Positions 22,301-35,993 of a stretch of 45,496 nucleotides of DNA are shown in pieces (position 1 is the stretch's first letter; each line of letters begins with the position of its first letter). The notes beneath the pieces were generated by a model. It saw only the letters and a program-made list of their open reading frames with translations, was not told where the DNA came from and ran no database searches. The position numbers and the translations under genes are program-made. The stretch covers positions 1 to 45,496 of the forward strand of contig QPMI01000296.1 of the NCBI GenBank assembly GCA_004431415.1, in the 5' to 3' direction. The stretch is from Cyanophora paradoxa CCMP329 (Eukaryota > Plantae > Glaucophyta).

Positions 22301-24735
22301 TGCTGGGAGGGGGCGGGCGGGGGCGGGCCGGGGGCGCTGCCGGCAGGCGAGCGCTTCGACTTCATCGACTGCTCGAACCTCGCTGACAACGAGGGCGCGC
22401 TCCCGCCGTCGCCCGCCGCCGCCTTCGCTGGCGCCGGCGCCCGTGGCGCGCTCGAGCAGGGGGCGGCAGGGCTGTGGCCGCTCCTGCTGGCGTGCGGGTG
22501 GCGGCTGCGGGAGGCGGATCACGCGGCGCTCATGACGACCTCCATGAAGTGGAACAGCGCCCACGCCGACCCCCGGTACCGGTGCGCACGCCCGCCCGCC
22601 CGCGCTCGCGCACGCTGCTCGGCCGCGGGGGCCGCCGATCGCGAGGCGCGGCAGGGAGTACCTGCGGGAGGAGCTGGGGTTCGCCCCCGAGCTCGCCCCG
22701 ACCCTCCTCGGCCTTTGCCTCGCCACCGTGCGCCCGCTCGCGAGGGCCGGCCCTCGCTCGACCCGCCCTCACCCCGCGGCGCAGGACGTGGACGCGATGC
22801 AGCAGTTCATGCGACCGCCGCCCACCCTCTCCACCGCCCAGGCCCGCCCGCCCTTGCGCGGGGCTCACCTCGGGCTCATGCGGGGCGGGGGCAGTCAAAC
22901 TCGGCCTACGAGATCGTCCTCGCCTGGAAGCGACCGCGCCTCCGCGGCCCGCCCACGGGCGTGCGCGTCGCCGAGGGGGACCCCCTCCACAGGTGCCCCC
23001 TCGACCGGCGCCGGCGCCCTGGTGGCCGTCCTCATGCCGCGGGGTCTCCCAGGGCCCTCGCCGAGCTGGCCGACCGCGCCGCGCACCACGCCGACCTGCT
23101 GGGCGGGGTGCGCCCCGCCCGCCCTCCCTCTCCCACCCGCAGCCTCGCTCACGGTGCAGGCGGGCGCAGGGCAAGAAGCACGCGAAGCAGCCGTCGCACT
23201 CGACGCTGTACCTCTTCGCGGCGACGGTGGCCGACCTGGCGCGGCGGGCGGCGAACCCCGCGGAGCTGCTGCGCATGGCCGACGCGCTCGTCGCCGCCCG
23301 CGCCGTCGGCGGCAGCCTCGCACTCGGGAGTCCCTTGCGCCCGTGCCTCGCCGCCCAGTGGCGCGTGGCGCGCGCGCTCGCCGGCCTTGATGGCACGACC
23401 ACCGAGGAGGCGCTCGTCTACATCCAGCTCGCCCCGTCGCCCACCCCGCTGCCCCCGACCCTCGCCACCGGCCTCTCCCCCGCCGCCCTGCTCGGGCCGG
23501 GGGGCCTCCTGGGCACCTCCCCGCCCTGCCCGATGGTGCGCCTCCTGGTGGCGGCCGGCGCCGGCCCGGGCGGCACGCACGCCGCCTTCGACCTGCTCGA
23601 CTTCGACCACTGGACGGGCACCGTCGGCCTCTTCGTGCCGGCCGCGCTCCACGCCGCCGCCGCCCGCGCCGACGCCGAGGTCCTCTTCGCCGCCGCGGAG
23701 ACGGGGGCGCCCTGCGCCGCCCCCGTTCGCCCCCTCCGCTACTCCGCCTTCGGGGCCCTCCCCGGGGGGCCCCCGGTGCCCCGCTCCGCCCTCGCGGGGC
23801 GGCCCCTGCCCGAGCCGGCGCCGGTGGAGCGGGGCGTCGACCTCTGCGAGACGGAGGCGGCGTACAGGGCCACCGTGGACTTCGGCGGCTCGGCCCAGGG
23901 GCCCGTCACCGCCCGCATCGAGCATCGCCACTCCGCCCTCTTCTCCTCGCAGGGCGAGCCGCGCCCGCCCGCCTTGCCTCCGTCAACTCCGACACCCGAG
24001 GCCCCGGCGCGCATGCAGACGGACAGGGCCTCGCGGCGGCGTGCCTGCACCCGCTGGAAGGAGAGCCCGAGCTTGAGCCGAGCTGCGGGACATGCGGGAG
24101 GAGCGATGGCACCCTCAGCGCCTGCACCCAGTGCGCACGCGCCCCGCCGGCCGGCTCGGCCCCAGCGGCGCCCGCTCTGCGAACCGCCGCGTGCGGCAGG
24201 TGCCAAGCGGTTCTCTACTGCGGGCGGGACTGCCAGCGCGCCGACTGGAGGGCCGGGCACAGGGAGCGCTGCGGGAGGGCGAGGGCCCCGGCCGCCGCTC
24301 GCGCCACGTTCACCCTCTCGAAGGCGCGCCGAGGGGACCCCGCGCGCTCCCGGCGCCGCGCGCCGGCTCGATCTTGACTGGGTGCAGGGCGCTGCGTGCG
24401 ACATCGCGCGGGTGAACGTCTGCGCGCTGCCGAAGTGGGCGGACGTCGAGGTGGGCCCGCCCCGCCCCGCGCCTGCTGCAGCCGCGGGCGCCCCTGACCG
24501 CTGGCCCCCGGTCGGCGGCAGGAGATCGGGAAGCACATGTGAGCCATGTCGAAGCGCCTGCGCAGCTCGCGCCGCCGAGTGCGAGTAGCGCGAGCGGGGG
24601 CGCAGGCAGCAGATGCACAGCATGTCGGGGTACATGCGGCGGATGGCGGAGGTGGGGGAGGTGGGGGCCTCCACGGGGGACCCCTTGCGCGACCTCAAGG
24701 AGTCCCTCACCATCCTCTTCGTCATGTTCATCCGC
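19354..24735 (+). CDS. TPR + DUF4470 + MYND zinc-finger protein, 5' portion (continues after the LTR element)
   Basis: TPRs: ANERGTQLYKSGKFDEAAQAYSHA, ILSNRAAAYL, EEAEADARASLELRPGNAKG, LYRRALELNP. DUF4470-type: YPFGNT, VLFVGVGDVRNVLRT, LVDVDRCVLAR|DVLLL, ALNPTL, FDFIDCSNLAD. MYND: CGTC..SACTQCQAVLYCGRDCQRADWRAGHRERC (~24083-24271). Ends DLKESLTILFVMFIR before the GT donor at 24736. Confidence 0.82.
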
Positions 24736-24813
24736 GTCCGCCCCGCCCCGCCCCGCGCCCCGCGGCCGCCGCCGCCCCGCCGAGATCTAGAGCGGCGAGC
24801 ACGGGGCGGGCAG

Positions 24814-25102
24814 TGTCGGATGGGAGGATTCCCACCCGATTGGGCACCGCGCAGTACTGCGCGGGGCCGGCTCCCTGTGCTGGAGCAGCTGTAGATGCAG
24901 GCTGGTGTATTCACTGTGTACCCGGAAGACTACTGACTCTGTACCCCTAACTTAGTAAGACAGGTAGAGGCGGGCCAGCGTAGGCTACCGAGAGGTAAGC
25001 CTACAGGAAGAGAGACTATGCCAGGGCTCTCAGACTACGTCAGGCACCAACTAGCTCTAGTCACTAAGTCACCGCAAGGCCAGGGAATCGAGCCAGGCGA
25101 CA
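24814..25102. repeat. Left LTR (289 bp; probably the 3' LTR)
   Basis: By eye, identical to 36957-37237 except for an extra 8 bp (CTTAGTAA, 24951-24958); TG...CA ends; contains an 18-bp palindrome CCGCGCAGTACTGCGCGG (24847-24864). Confidence 0.95.
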
Positions 25103-28100
25103 ACTCCTCTTCCGCTGACGTCGCGTCCGCGCGACGTAGCCAGTCAAACCGTGACTCCAGTCGGTATAGCCGCAAGAGGGCGCCCCCAACACCGCCGATG
25201 GGTGCGCTGCTCGAGGGCACCGACAGGCCCCAAGACGAGGAACCTGAGCCACAGTCCGGGGACCGGAATGCAGACAGCTGCAGGCCAGGTAGAAGGCCAG
25301 GTAGCTGTAGATCGATCCCGTCCAGGTCGTATGCAAGGCATGGCAGGTGAGGCAAATGCGTGCATGCGGGAAAGCTCGAAAGGGAAAAGCATAAAAACTC
25401 GAAAGGTGTAAACGCTGGCCCAAACTCACTCCAAACGGCGAGGGCCGCTGGAGAGTGGCACGGATGGGAAGTTTCACCGCCTCGGGAAGAAACCAACGAG
25501 GAGGTATCCGGGCCGCCCATCAGGCCCAACGAAAGAGCAGGGCACGGCTTGAGCGGACCGCCCGACAACACCTGCTTCTCGGGGCCAGATGTGCCAGCAA
25601 AGCTCACGCTCAACCACTCTTTTTCAAGCTCGTGGGCCCAGGCTCCAGAAAAGTGAACGAAAGGCTCTGAACGGCGCCCGCTACTGATCGTCTCACCCGA
25701 CAAGACGGTGGCCCGACCAGTAGCGACCCGCTCCTCGGCCAAGACTGAGGCAAAGCGAGCAAAGAAATCTGCCCCACGGCGCAGCGACCGCGAGCAGCAT
25801 CGGGGCAAGGTATAGATTGGTTCGGATTGTTTGGTTGGGGAAGGGTCTGCTGAAGCTTGTTGCAATTGACCGTCCGGTTCGCACGCCTTAAAGGCGGGGT
25901 TTGCGTCTGCCGGCTTCCAATCCACAGCCGGCTTGCAAATGCGTCGAGCGGAATATTTTATTCCAGGCTCAGACGGCTGTCGGTGCGGCCAGAGTGGATT
26001 CATGAAGCATGCAGCCGACGTCGACGTCGATATGAGCGGCGACCTTGCATTCGCGTGCGTCTCGAGCTCGGGCTCGTGACCAAGTGCACACGATGCAGGT
26101 ACGAGCCCTTGAGCCGCTCAACATCGCAGGATGTAAATGCTCCAACGATCCCGTGACTGCTTTGGCGCTTCCGTACGAGTCGGGTTGCGCGGCTTGCAGT
26201 GCAGGGTCCGATCTGCACGGCTCCCGGCTCTGATCACGAGGGCCGCAGAGTGCACGGTTGCACTTCCGCGGCGGGATCACGAGGCCAAAGACGCGGAGCC
26301 GCCGAACTCGATGCTGAAGGCAAGCGAGTTCAAGGTCGCTCACGTACATCGGAGGGGAATCGAGCAGGGTCGGAGCTCGTGAAGCATACGCCAGGCCCCG
26401 AACACGCGCTGGGGCGTGAGGGCTGCAGTGCACACGTAGAGCCACGCATGGCCACGGGACGGAGGCGCCCGCTTGGCGAACGCAGAGCAGTGTACGTGTG
26501 CGCTGGCACTGGCGTTTGTGTATGGCCTGGAACGAGATGGGGAGCCTCGGGGAGGGTCTCGCGCTCACGGCGTGCGTGACATCGCAGCGCTAAGCTGCTG
26601 GCGATGAGACCAGGTGTCAACGCTCCAGCTAGACGCGGCCATCAATCGAAGGCGCGCGTGCTGGCCGCGAATCCCATCAGTCGTTCCCTCGGCCTGGTCT
26701 TCCTGGGATCCGGCCGCAGCCAGGCTCGTTGGCGAGCTTGGCGGGTCATGATCACAGGAAGGGGTTCTGCAGCGATCCGCGAGACTGCATATTCGCGGTG
26801 CCGAGACCCTCGGATTTGCGACCGATTCGCCAGCCTTCGCCGTGGGCTCGTTTCGATCGCATCCCAATACCAGGCGATCAGGCGAAGCTGACGAACGGCG
26901 AATCCTTCAGAGACTCAGATCTCTTGATCATGATCGGGGATCCGAATTCGTGTTCTGTGCGTAGCCAGACCGCAACACGGCGTGCAGTCGGCTGCTGAGA
27001 TCCGATTCCGATCCTTAGGAGGCCGCATCGGTGAGTAGTGCGAGCGAGTGCACTGGCCGTAGCTGTGCTCTCAAGCTCTGTCGAAACAGCACTTGCCAGT
27101 CCGTTCCGGACACGGTCACTGGCTGTGCACGTAACAACAGGGCCTGATGGCCATCAGCCCCAGTAGCATCGCCACCGATGGGTTTCCGAGGCGGAATGTA
27201 GTTCGCCAATATTAATGGCGAGACCCGGATCCCGGCAAGCCGCCGTGCGAGGGGACCTCAAGGCGGTCGGCTTGGTCCGATCGCTCATGATCAGCCTGCG
27301 GGCGGCGGCGCGCGCTGGCCATGGGGCAGGCTGCTGATTTGCAGGCCATGGGGCGGCGCGCGCGTAGCAGGCGTGACTGCGCGCTTGAGTCTGATTCCGA
27401 CTCCTCTTCCACTGAAGAGGGGAAGTCGGGGCGTGGCAGGAATGCGCCGATCGGAGAGGCGCTCCAGCGTCGGGCCAAGAGGCGCGCGTGCTTCGGCTCG
27501 AGTGCATGTGCACGTACTCCTCTTCCGCTGAAGAGCGGAAGCCGTAGCACGGCGAGCTGCTCCTGATGCCACTCCCTCTTTGGTTAAGCACCGTCCCCGG
27601 TGCTCTACCGTCTTCCGCGAAAATTTGGCACGCTGGGGCCGCTGGGATCCGTGATTGGATCGGGGCAGCATGGCCGTGGTGGGGAAATTCGCGATTGCGG
27701 GTCGAAAGAACGGCGAGGCCTAGGCATGATCATGCACGACCGGAACCGCCTCTCTTTCGTTGTATTCCATGGCGTTCCGGGCCGCTGCCTCTCTCGATTT
27801 GGGTTCAATCGAGGGGCGAGCGCGAGCCGCGGGGCCAGAGCGATGTTGAATTGATGTTGGCCTCGATTTGAATCGAGCTGTGGGCAACTGAGCAATTGCG
27901 ACGGCCGGCCACGATTGTGCCGATCGCGAGTCAATCGCACTGCAGTTCCCGCCGTTCGAATTTCGCGATTCGATCGGACGCCAGTCGTGTCGAGCACGAG
28001 GGCATCGAGCCTCGGAGCTTCGAGTCTCGAGCGGGCGTCGATCAATCAAGGCCTGGGCCGAGCTTCCGAAACACGATTTTGCATATCTAGCGCTCGGCTG

Positions 28101-31100
28101 TGTATGCTCGTGTCTGTTGGCCCGTGTTGCCGCTTTTCGCGGTTTTTAGGCCAGGCGCCGGGGTGCCAGCACCCAGATTTATGGGAGCGGCCTCAGTGAA
28201 TGAAGCTGGTGACGGTGGGTGCGCCACTGCCGGGAATAAGATCCCGGGTCGCCACCGCCCAGCGCAAAACGAATTTGACAGCTACGTCGAACTCGTTCGC
28301 TCGCAGGAGCGCCAGCTGCATGCAGCCGGGCCCGCGTGACTTGGTATGCGCGAACGTCCGATGGTCCGGGTTGCGGGGTAGAATTTGAGAAAATCCGCGC
28401 CGCTGCTCGGGACGAGAGCCCGGCCGGCGGTTCGCCAGCGAAAATCGACGACTTTCGCCATGCTGGGCCCTCGCGAAATTTCGCGAGCCGAGAGGTACGA
28501 AATCGGCCGTGCGTGCGCGGTCCGACGGTCTGGCCTTCTCGAGCGGGCCGCGTACGCGTAGCCTACATCTCGGTTCCGATCGCAAGCCGCGCGCGGCGTC
28601 GGGGCGGAATCGCGAGATCGAGGTCGACCGTCGGACTCGGTGATCATGAGTCGCAAGAGCCGTGACCGCTTTAGTAAGCGTCCGAACCAGGCTCAGCGGC
28701 TGGTCTGAGGCTGAGGATGATGCATATGCTTGGCCGAAGGGCCGTGCAAGGGCCGGGCCACTGGGCATGGCCAAGCACACGTGGGCGCGAAATTAAATTG
28801 CCGCACTCTAGTGCTGCAAAATTTTCGTGGCGACGCGAAGTGATTCGCATGCACAGATCTAGAGGGCCCGGGAAACGTCCGGCGCGAAGATTGTGCACGT
28901 GGGCGCCCTCACGTCCGCTGGCGTGCGCCGTGACGGCCTCGCCACCGCAGCAGCCGGCCACGGGCGTGCACTGCGGCCGCCGGGCACAAGTGCATGTGCA
29001 GAGCGCGGCTGCGCATGCCGTGGTATTGATGGCTGGGCGCCAGCCGCCGTACGTAGCGTAGCAGCACCACAGGGATCGGCAGGTGGGCGCCGCGGCGTGC
29101 AACCGACGCGGTTGGTTCCCAGCCGCAGGAGCGGAACCGGTAGCGGCCGGTTGCAGGAGCCGTGCTCGTGCATACGAGCGTCAATATCGTGCCGACGATA
29201 TCATGCACGATCGCAAGCGTTCCCTTAGCGGACCGGGGGCCGGGCCCCGATGCTCTCGAGAGAAATGACGATAGAGCTCTCGCTCGCTGTCTCGCAGTGG
29301 GCCGTGGCGGCTTTTGAGAGAGCAGACGATGAAGCTCAGCGGCTTTTGCTCGCTGTCTCTCGTTGGCCGTGGCGGGTGTTCCGGAGTGTGAAGCCGGCAG
29401 ATTCCACCAGCTAGGCGGGAACGGCTTTCCGAAAATTGGATACCGTACGCGTGGCTTGCGCACGGGCCAGCCACTAGGGCTCGCCGGCGCTGCCGCGCAG
29501 ATCGAGAACGGGCTGGGGATCATCGGATCCGGCGCCGCGCCCACGGTCCCGAATCATTGAATTCCGGATTCGCATTGCGATGCTTTCGAATTTGGGTGCC
29601 GCAGTGCGGTCGACAGGTTCGCTTCGCTCGGTAGCGAATTACGATTTCTGCAGCTCGTGCAGTCTTCCCTGCCTCATCCTCTCTCCCACCGCGTTTTAGC
29701 GGGAGGTCGAGGCATGAACGTTAACGTGCCGCAAGGCGGGTGGGGCTGAAGGCCGCGTGCGCAGGCTTGGCGGCGAGCGGCCGTGCCGAGGCCTGGGCCT
29801 GCCGCCGTGCGGTCACGTGTAAATTTTGCGGGCCGGGCTGCGAGCCCTAAAGGCTGCGCTACGGTGCGAAAAATGCCCGCAGCCAGCACCAGCTGCAGCA
29901 TCGCCGGGTTTGGCGAAGTGGTGCACAGGTTCCGGCTCAGGGCGGCGGCAATGCTCTTTTCGAGCTAGCGCTGCCCTTGGCGGGCTGGCATCGCCAGCGC
30001 CGTTCTCGGAGTGCTCGCGCGAATGTACTACGGTATGCCGCTGCAAATCGCGACCGTACATTCGATAGCTGGATCGGCGCTCTGTAGCACGGCGCTCCAT
30101 TACAGCGCCTCATCAGCGCTAGCCGAGCGGCGTGCCGGCGTTGGCAGAGAGAGCCGGGCGCTGTTCAGCGCAGCCGATCGTCCGTTCGCGATCACGAGTC
30201 GACGTCGTTTCGCGAGTCGGTCCGGGGCCACGGGGCCGTGTGCGCAGCCTCTTTGAGAAAGCTACCGCATAAGTGCTCAGGCTTCGAATTTTTCGCGGCG
30301 CTCAGCGCGGCTGCTCAGCGGCTGCATCCGATATCCGGTCGCGATATCGATGCATATGCTGTGGGCCTGCAGCCGGGGCTGAGACCCGCGCCTGCAACAC
30401 ACACGTGCACGTGCACGCGGTTTATGCAAGGTAGGGCTAGCCGTTTAGTTTTGTTTAACGGTTACAGCCTTTATTCCCGCTGGCCATGGTGGCTGCGGCT
30501 TGAATATTTGTGGCGCTCGCGATCGGTGTCCGCGTCCGCGGCCACGCGATTGCACGTGCAAAGAGTCGTGCGCGGCTCGACAAGCGGCTCTGGGGCCCGC
30601 CGTACGTTGTAGCGCTGGCCCACGCGTGGGAGCCCGACATTCGATTCCAGTCGCTAGCTTGACGCTCGCAATTGGCCTCGGTCTCCCTGGGACTCGGGAG
30701 GACGAGTCGAGCCCGTTGCGAGCTTCGATATCGATTCGCGTTTGGGCCGGGGGCCACAATCCGCGTTCTCGTAGGGGCGAGGCCCTAATTCACATGTACA
30801 GCTTTGCGACGTCCAGCGATCGAGCGTGATTGTGGATTCGCGACGCGGATATTCGCGGTGCCTAGGCTCGCCGCGAATTTCGCTGGGCTTGTGGCCGTGC
30901 CGGTTTTCGCGGGGCAGGCCGGTGCGGCCCGGTGGGCCGGGGCTGGAATCCCGATGCGGGTCGCCGCAGGCGCCGACGAGGAGGCCCTTGGGCGAGGGGC
31001 CCGCGAGGGGACGTGCCCGGTAAGGGCCGAGGGCCGCCTGAAATTGCGACTACTCCGAGCTCGGGGCTCGCAATTGCGCGGGCTCGAATGTGACGGGCTG

Positions 31101-34100
31101 TCCGTCAGATACGGGCTGGCCGGGCACTCCGAGGCTCGGAATATTCGATCGAGAATCTTTAGTCCGGTCCCGAATATCGGATTTTCGCGATATCGAACGG
31201 GCACGGCCTCCGCAGTGCCAGCCCGGCGGTGGGGGCGGTCTAGATCTGGCTGAAGGGAGCCTGAGCTGCGAGCCCGGGCAACCTCAGACCTCAAAAGGGC
31301 CGAGGGCCGCCTGCGATCGCAGCTGCTCCAAATCCGATCGCGAGGCTCGCGATAGTCGTTCCTTGCGATCCAAATTCGCAGGCCGGCCCGGCGGCACCCT
31401 GAATCGGGGCAACGATTGCGAATTGACGGATCTCGATTATCGGATTCTCGCGGGTCATCGGACCCCATACGCATGGCCAGGCACGTGCACGGCAGCCACG
31501 GGCGGGCTGGAGCGCGTGCAGCGGGCTCTGGGTTTAAATCGATATCCGAGCGAGCCAGCGTAACTTTGATCGTGAGCTCGAGCTCGCCTTGGCCGCGGGC
31601 CAGATAAGAGGCGGCTTGAGGCGGCTAAGAGGCGCGGGGCGCGGGTGCCGCTGTCAGCTTCGGGCCCTGAGGGCAGGGCCTCCGGGACGCAGCCGCCAGC
31701 TGTTCGCAGGCAATTGCAAGCGCCGATCGCGGGCTAAGCCCGTCCTCTGGATTCGAGGCCAGGGACCGCAGCTACTACTGCGGGTAGCTGCGGAGGACTT
31801 CCAGGGCTCAGCGGCAAGCTGGCCGTGGACTGCGGGGCCTCGGGCCGAGGGGCGAGGGCCGTATACGCATCGGCTTGAACGTTCACAGGCATTCGCATGA
31901 CCATGCAATCTGCACGTGCTCGTGCACTGTGGCCACGGCACACACCGGCTGCCGCAGTGCGGTTCGGTTGCGCAGCCGAGTCGCGGAAATATGCCCAGGG
32001 CCCGGCCGAGTGCCCGGCGCCGGCGGCCTCCGCCTCTGAGAGAGGGCGAGACTCGCGAGCTCGAGGGCAGGCGGCGCGAGGTCGCGAGGCAGGCGTCGCG
32101 ACGTCGACGGCGGTCGCAGGGCAGGCAACGGCCAGGGAATTTTCGGAGCGCTAGCGGGCCGTGCCCGGCCGCACGGTGCCGCGATATCGATCTGGATAGA
32201 CTCATGGTCGTCTCGAGCCAGGGGCTCGGAATCGCGATCCCACATCCGCGGATCGGGGGCCGGACTGGAATTCGAAGTTCGAATTCAAGGCCCGCGATTT
32301 TGCGATCGGTCGCCCGGGTCGGCGTAGGGCATAGCTGTGACCCGGCTTTGCAGCGCTCCTTGCTCGCAGCGGCGCGAGAGACGCTGTTCTCAGGCCTCTG
32401 GAGGCTCGTAGCGGCGCGAGATACAGGGCCGAGGCCTGGGGGGCCGCAGGCCGATATCGATCGTGAGGCACGGCATTGGACGCGCGCGCGGGAACTCGAA
32501 GGATCCCGACGTCGCAGCACGCGAGATCAGCCATGGGGTTCGATTTGAGGATTGGTATCCCGATCGCGCACACTGTGACAGCTGCGCTGCGGATCGTGCC
32601 GCGGTGTGCTGTGACAAGCACACCGGGTCCGACGGTCCGGGCGTGCTGCACATCTTCGCAATCGCGCCTCTGGCCGTGGGGCCGGGGCCGGGCCACCTCG
32701 AACGGCAGTTCGGCGATGCGAACGGCAGCTCGGCGATCGCGATCCTTGACCGCGAAGGCGAGGGCAACCGCGAGGGCGAGTTGCTGATCGTAATTCGATG
32801 GGGCCCGGCGGCCGAGACCGGGACCGGCGGGTGTCGGCGGCCGAGACCGAAACGCCGTGACGGCATCGAATTTGTGCCTGGCGAGGCTTGGCACTGCCAG
32901 TCGCAGGTCTGATCGCGGGCCTGGGGCTCAGCAGCCGCGGAGCCTTGGAGGCTGGGCAGCTCTGAGCCGTGGTGGACGTGCTCATGCACGTGACTTCCGG
33001 CCCTCAGCTCGCGGCTGATCATGAGCTCGGTCTGCGTGCACGCGGCGGCAACGGCGGGAGCCGAATTCCGAAGTTCGCAGTGCACGTGCCAGCAGGCCCT
33101 GATTATGAGGGCCGAAATCGACCCGTAACCGGACCCAGGGCTCGGAAGCGAGCTCGAGCTCGATCGCGAGGCGCCGCGCCGGGCGGGCCGCCGGGCGTTC
33201 GAGCTGGCACAGTGGCGGCTTGCGATTGCTCCAAGGCTTAGTCAACCGGGGCCCAGAGCGTCGACGTCTCGCTCGAAAAGCAGCGTGAGCTTTTGGGTCC
33301 GGCCCGGCGGACCCGGATCTAGGCCTGACAGCTTCCAGTCCGGATCGGAGAGTCTCGAGATCCGGACTTGAGAGCCTGCATCGAGCAAGCCAGGCCAGGT
33401 GCTGGCTCGCAGTGAGAGGTGCGCCGCGCGGCGCCCTCAATCTTGGGCCAGGCCCGACTGCGGGGCGTCTTGCGCTTTTTGCAACAGCTGTAGGCAGAGA
33501 GCCTCAGCAACTCGGGCCCCTTTCGAGCCTGGGGCTCGTGACGACGTGATGACGGTTCGAGCCGCGGGCCGGAGCTCGCCTCTCGAGCTCGAATCCGCAG
33601 TTGATATCGCCATCGGCGCTAGGGCTAGCGCTAGGCTCGAGCTCGAGGACCATGGGGCCCAGGCTAGGTAGCCAGGTGAACCTCGAGCTCGGGGGCCGCA
33701 TGGGCCGGCTGTGCGTGAAACGCGCCACTCTCCGAGGCTCGACGAGCCTCAGAAGTGCAGGCCGGGCCTCTAGCTCCAGGCCTGGTCGGGTAGCGGCTCG
33801 AATTCGAGCCTCAAGGCCTCAGGATGCCGACCGGCGCTCCCGAATGCAGCACGCAGTGCTGCGGGAAGACCGTCGGACAGGCCTAGGGGCCGGTTCCGAG
33901 GCCTGGCGGCCCTGATCCGAGCTTGAAGCTCGTGAGGGGTAAATCTCCCAATTTCGCACTCAAGGCCCCGAAGGAGCTTGCTGCGAAAACTAAACGCTCA
34001 GCCTGGCTCTCGATCGCGACTGCAGTCGCGCAGCCTGGCAGCTCCGAGGCTGGCAGTCGCAATCGCGATGGGGTTCGCCGATCGTGCGTGGCTCGGCATC

Positions 34101-35993
34101 AGGGCATCAGCTCTGGCCCTCGCGAGCGTCTGGTGCGTGACCTTTAGCTCGAGTTCTGAGCTCGAGGCTCTAACCACCAGTCGCCAAGCCGGCTGGTAGC
34201 TCGATATGCGATTCAGCACTGCGGATTCCAAAGCGGCGATAGCGGCCGGATTGGAGCCGGATGCCAGTTGCAATCGGCCGGGGCCGACATTAGAGCTTAG
34301 CCCTGCGACCGGCCGGCCCGGGGCCGGAAGTGGGCCCAAATTATAGCTGGCCGCTGGGCGTTCGAGGCGGCCGATGCCGTCCGACCCAGAGCTTACTTAG
34401 TGAAACTCAGTGTCCGGTGCCATGTGCATGGCGCCGGCCATGGGCTGGCCTGGCAGACCCCGGAACTCCGGATATCAGCGGATATCGATCGGGAGTCAGC
34501 CGGTCCTCGGGATCGGCCGGCGAGCGCCAGTAGCGCGTGTTGTACTCATCCCAGGGCTGCCACCTCAGGGCAGGGCCGCGGGGAAAGATCTCGTCGGGGT
34601 GCAGGGGCCGCGGCTCGCGATCGGTGAACCCTCGAGCGCCCCACCGACCGTCGGACGAGGTCCAGTCTCTGATCGCTTGCACTTGGGGACTTCCTCGGCA
34701 AGCGCGAGGGGAAAGTCGTTGGTGTCACAGGCGTCCGGCGGGGCGGGCCCACTAGGCGGCGACTCGTCGCCGGCCTCGCCCGGAGCGTCCCCGGCCGGGG
34801 TCGTCGGGCATCCCCTCGTCAGAGGGAATTTCGCGCTCCTCAGCGGCGGGGGCCCGGCCGGGCCCGGCTCTCGTTGCTTCGGAGCTTGAGGCGGCGGGGC
34901 TGGCCCAGGCACCGTCGGCGCAAAGCGTTCTGGCCACAGGGCGGCCTGCGGCCGCGCCTGCTTGCACGTGGCGGGGGCCTTGGCCTTAAGCTTCGCGAAC
35001 CCAGCAGACGCGGCGAGCTTGGCAAGCTCAGCGGCTCGCGGGGGAGGCGTTGCGAGGCACGTTTGAATTCGATTTTGCAGCTCGAGCTCGTGATCTTGCA
35101 TATGCATGATCATATGCATGATCATGATCAGCAGCTCGCGTACTGTGCATACGCATGCGATACTGCCGCGGCTTGCCATCATGATCATGGCGTCACTCCC
35201 CCTTCTCGCTAGCACCGTCCGCGGTGCTTCGCGAGAGAAGGTGTCACGCCGTGACGGTGTGCCAGGTACCGGCCGGCTGCAGCTGCCACAAGCTTGAGCT
35301 CGAGGCAGACGGCTAGCGCATAGCTGTGCACAGCGGAATTCGAAAGATAAAGCGGCTCGAGCCTCCGAGGCCGAGGGCCGCGCTATCGATATCGATATCG
35401 CTTCCGGTTCCCGTCTCAAGCTCTTAAAGTGAGCTCGAGACCACGTCCCATAGCTAGGCCTTCAGCTTATAATTAATCAAGCTTGAGCCTTGCGTCGACG
35501 TTCGATGTGCACGTGTGTGCCGCTGGCGCCGAGTGCATCACCGTCACCGCGGCGTTGCGTCGGGTCCGAGGCCATGGCCAGCGTGCAGGCACTCTTGATC
35601 ATGATCAAGAGTTGAGGCCGAGAGAAGCATCAGCCGAGGGAAGGCTAATGCTCTCAAGCTCGAGATCCTGGCCATGGCAGGGCAAGAGGGCCCTGCCTGC
35701 GCGCGAGGCAGCAGGTGGGTCCGCTCTGCAGTCGGGCCACTTGAGCTCCAGGTCTTGAGGGCATTCTCAGGTCAAGCGACGGCGTAAAGCCACGCTAGTC
35801 CGTGAGAGAATGTGCCTCACTCGAGATCTGAGGCCGTCGTGGTCCACAGCAGCGGCGAGCAAGCTCGGCTGCGGCGATTCTGGAGACAGCTCGGGCGCGC
35901 ACGCCTCAGCCATCGATCCGATCGCTCTTCCGTACTTGTCCAGCACGATCGCAGCAGCCGGAGAAGGCTGGCGTCGTGGCGAGTGTCCGGCGA

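Noticed and set aside
25600-25700. Chromodomain-like string PFVHFSGAWAHELEKEW on the minus strand near the presumed 3' LTR
   Set aside because: The position fits a chromovirus integrase tail, but the similarity is too weak to support without a profile search.
31310-32745. GCGATCGC (cyanobacterial HIP1) sites suggesting plastid- or cyanobacteria-derived DNA
   Set aside because: Few occurrences among many other palindromic words, and no cyanobacterial genes.
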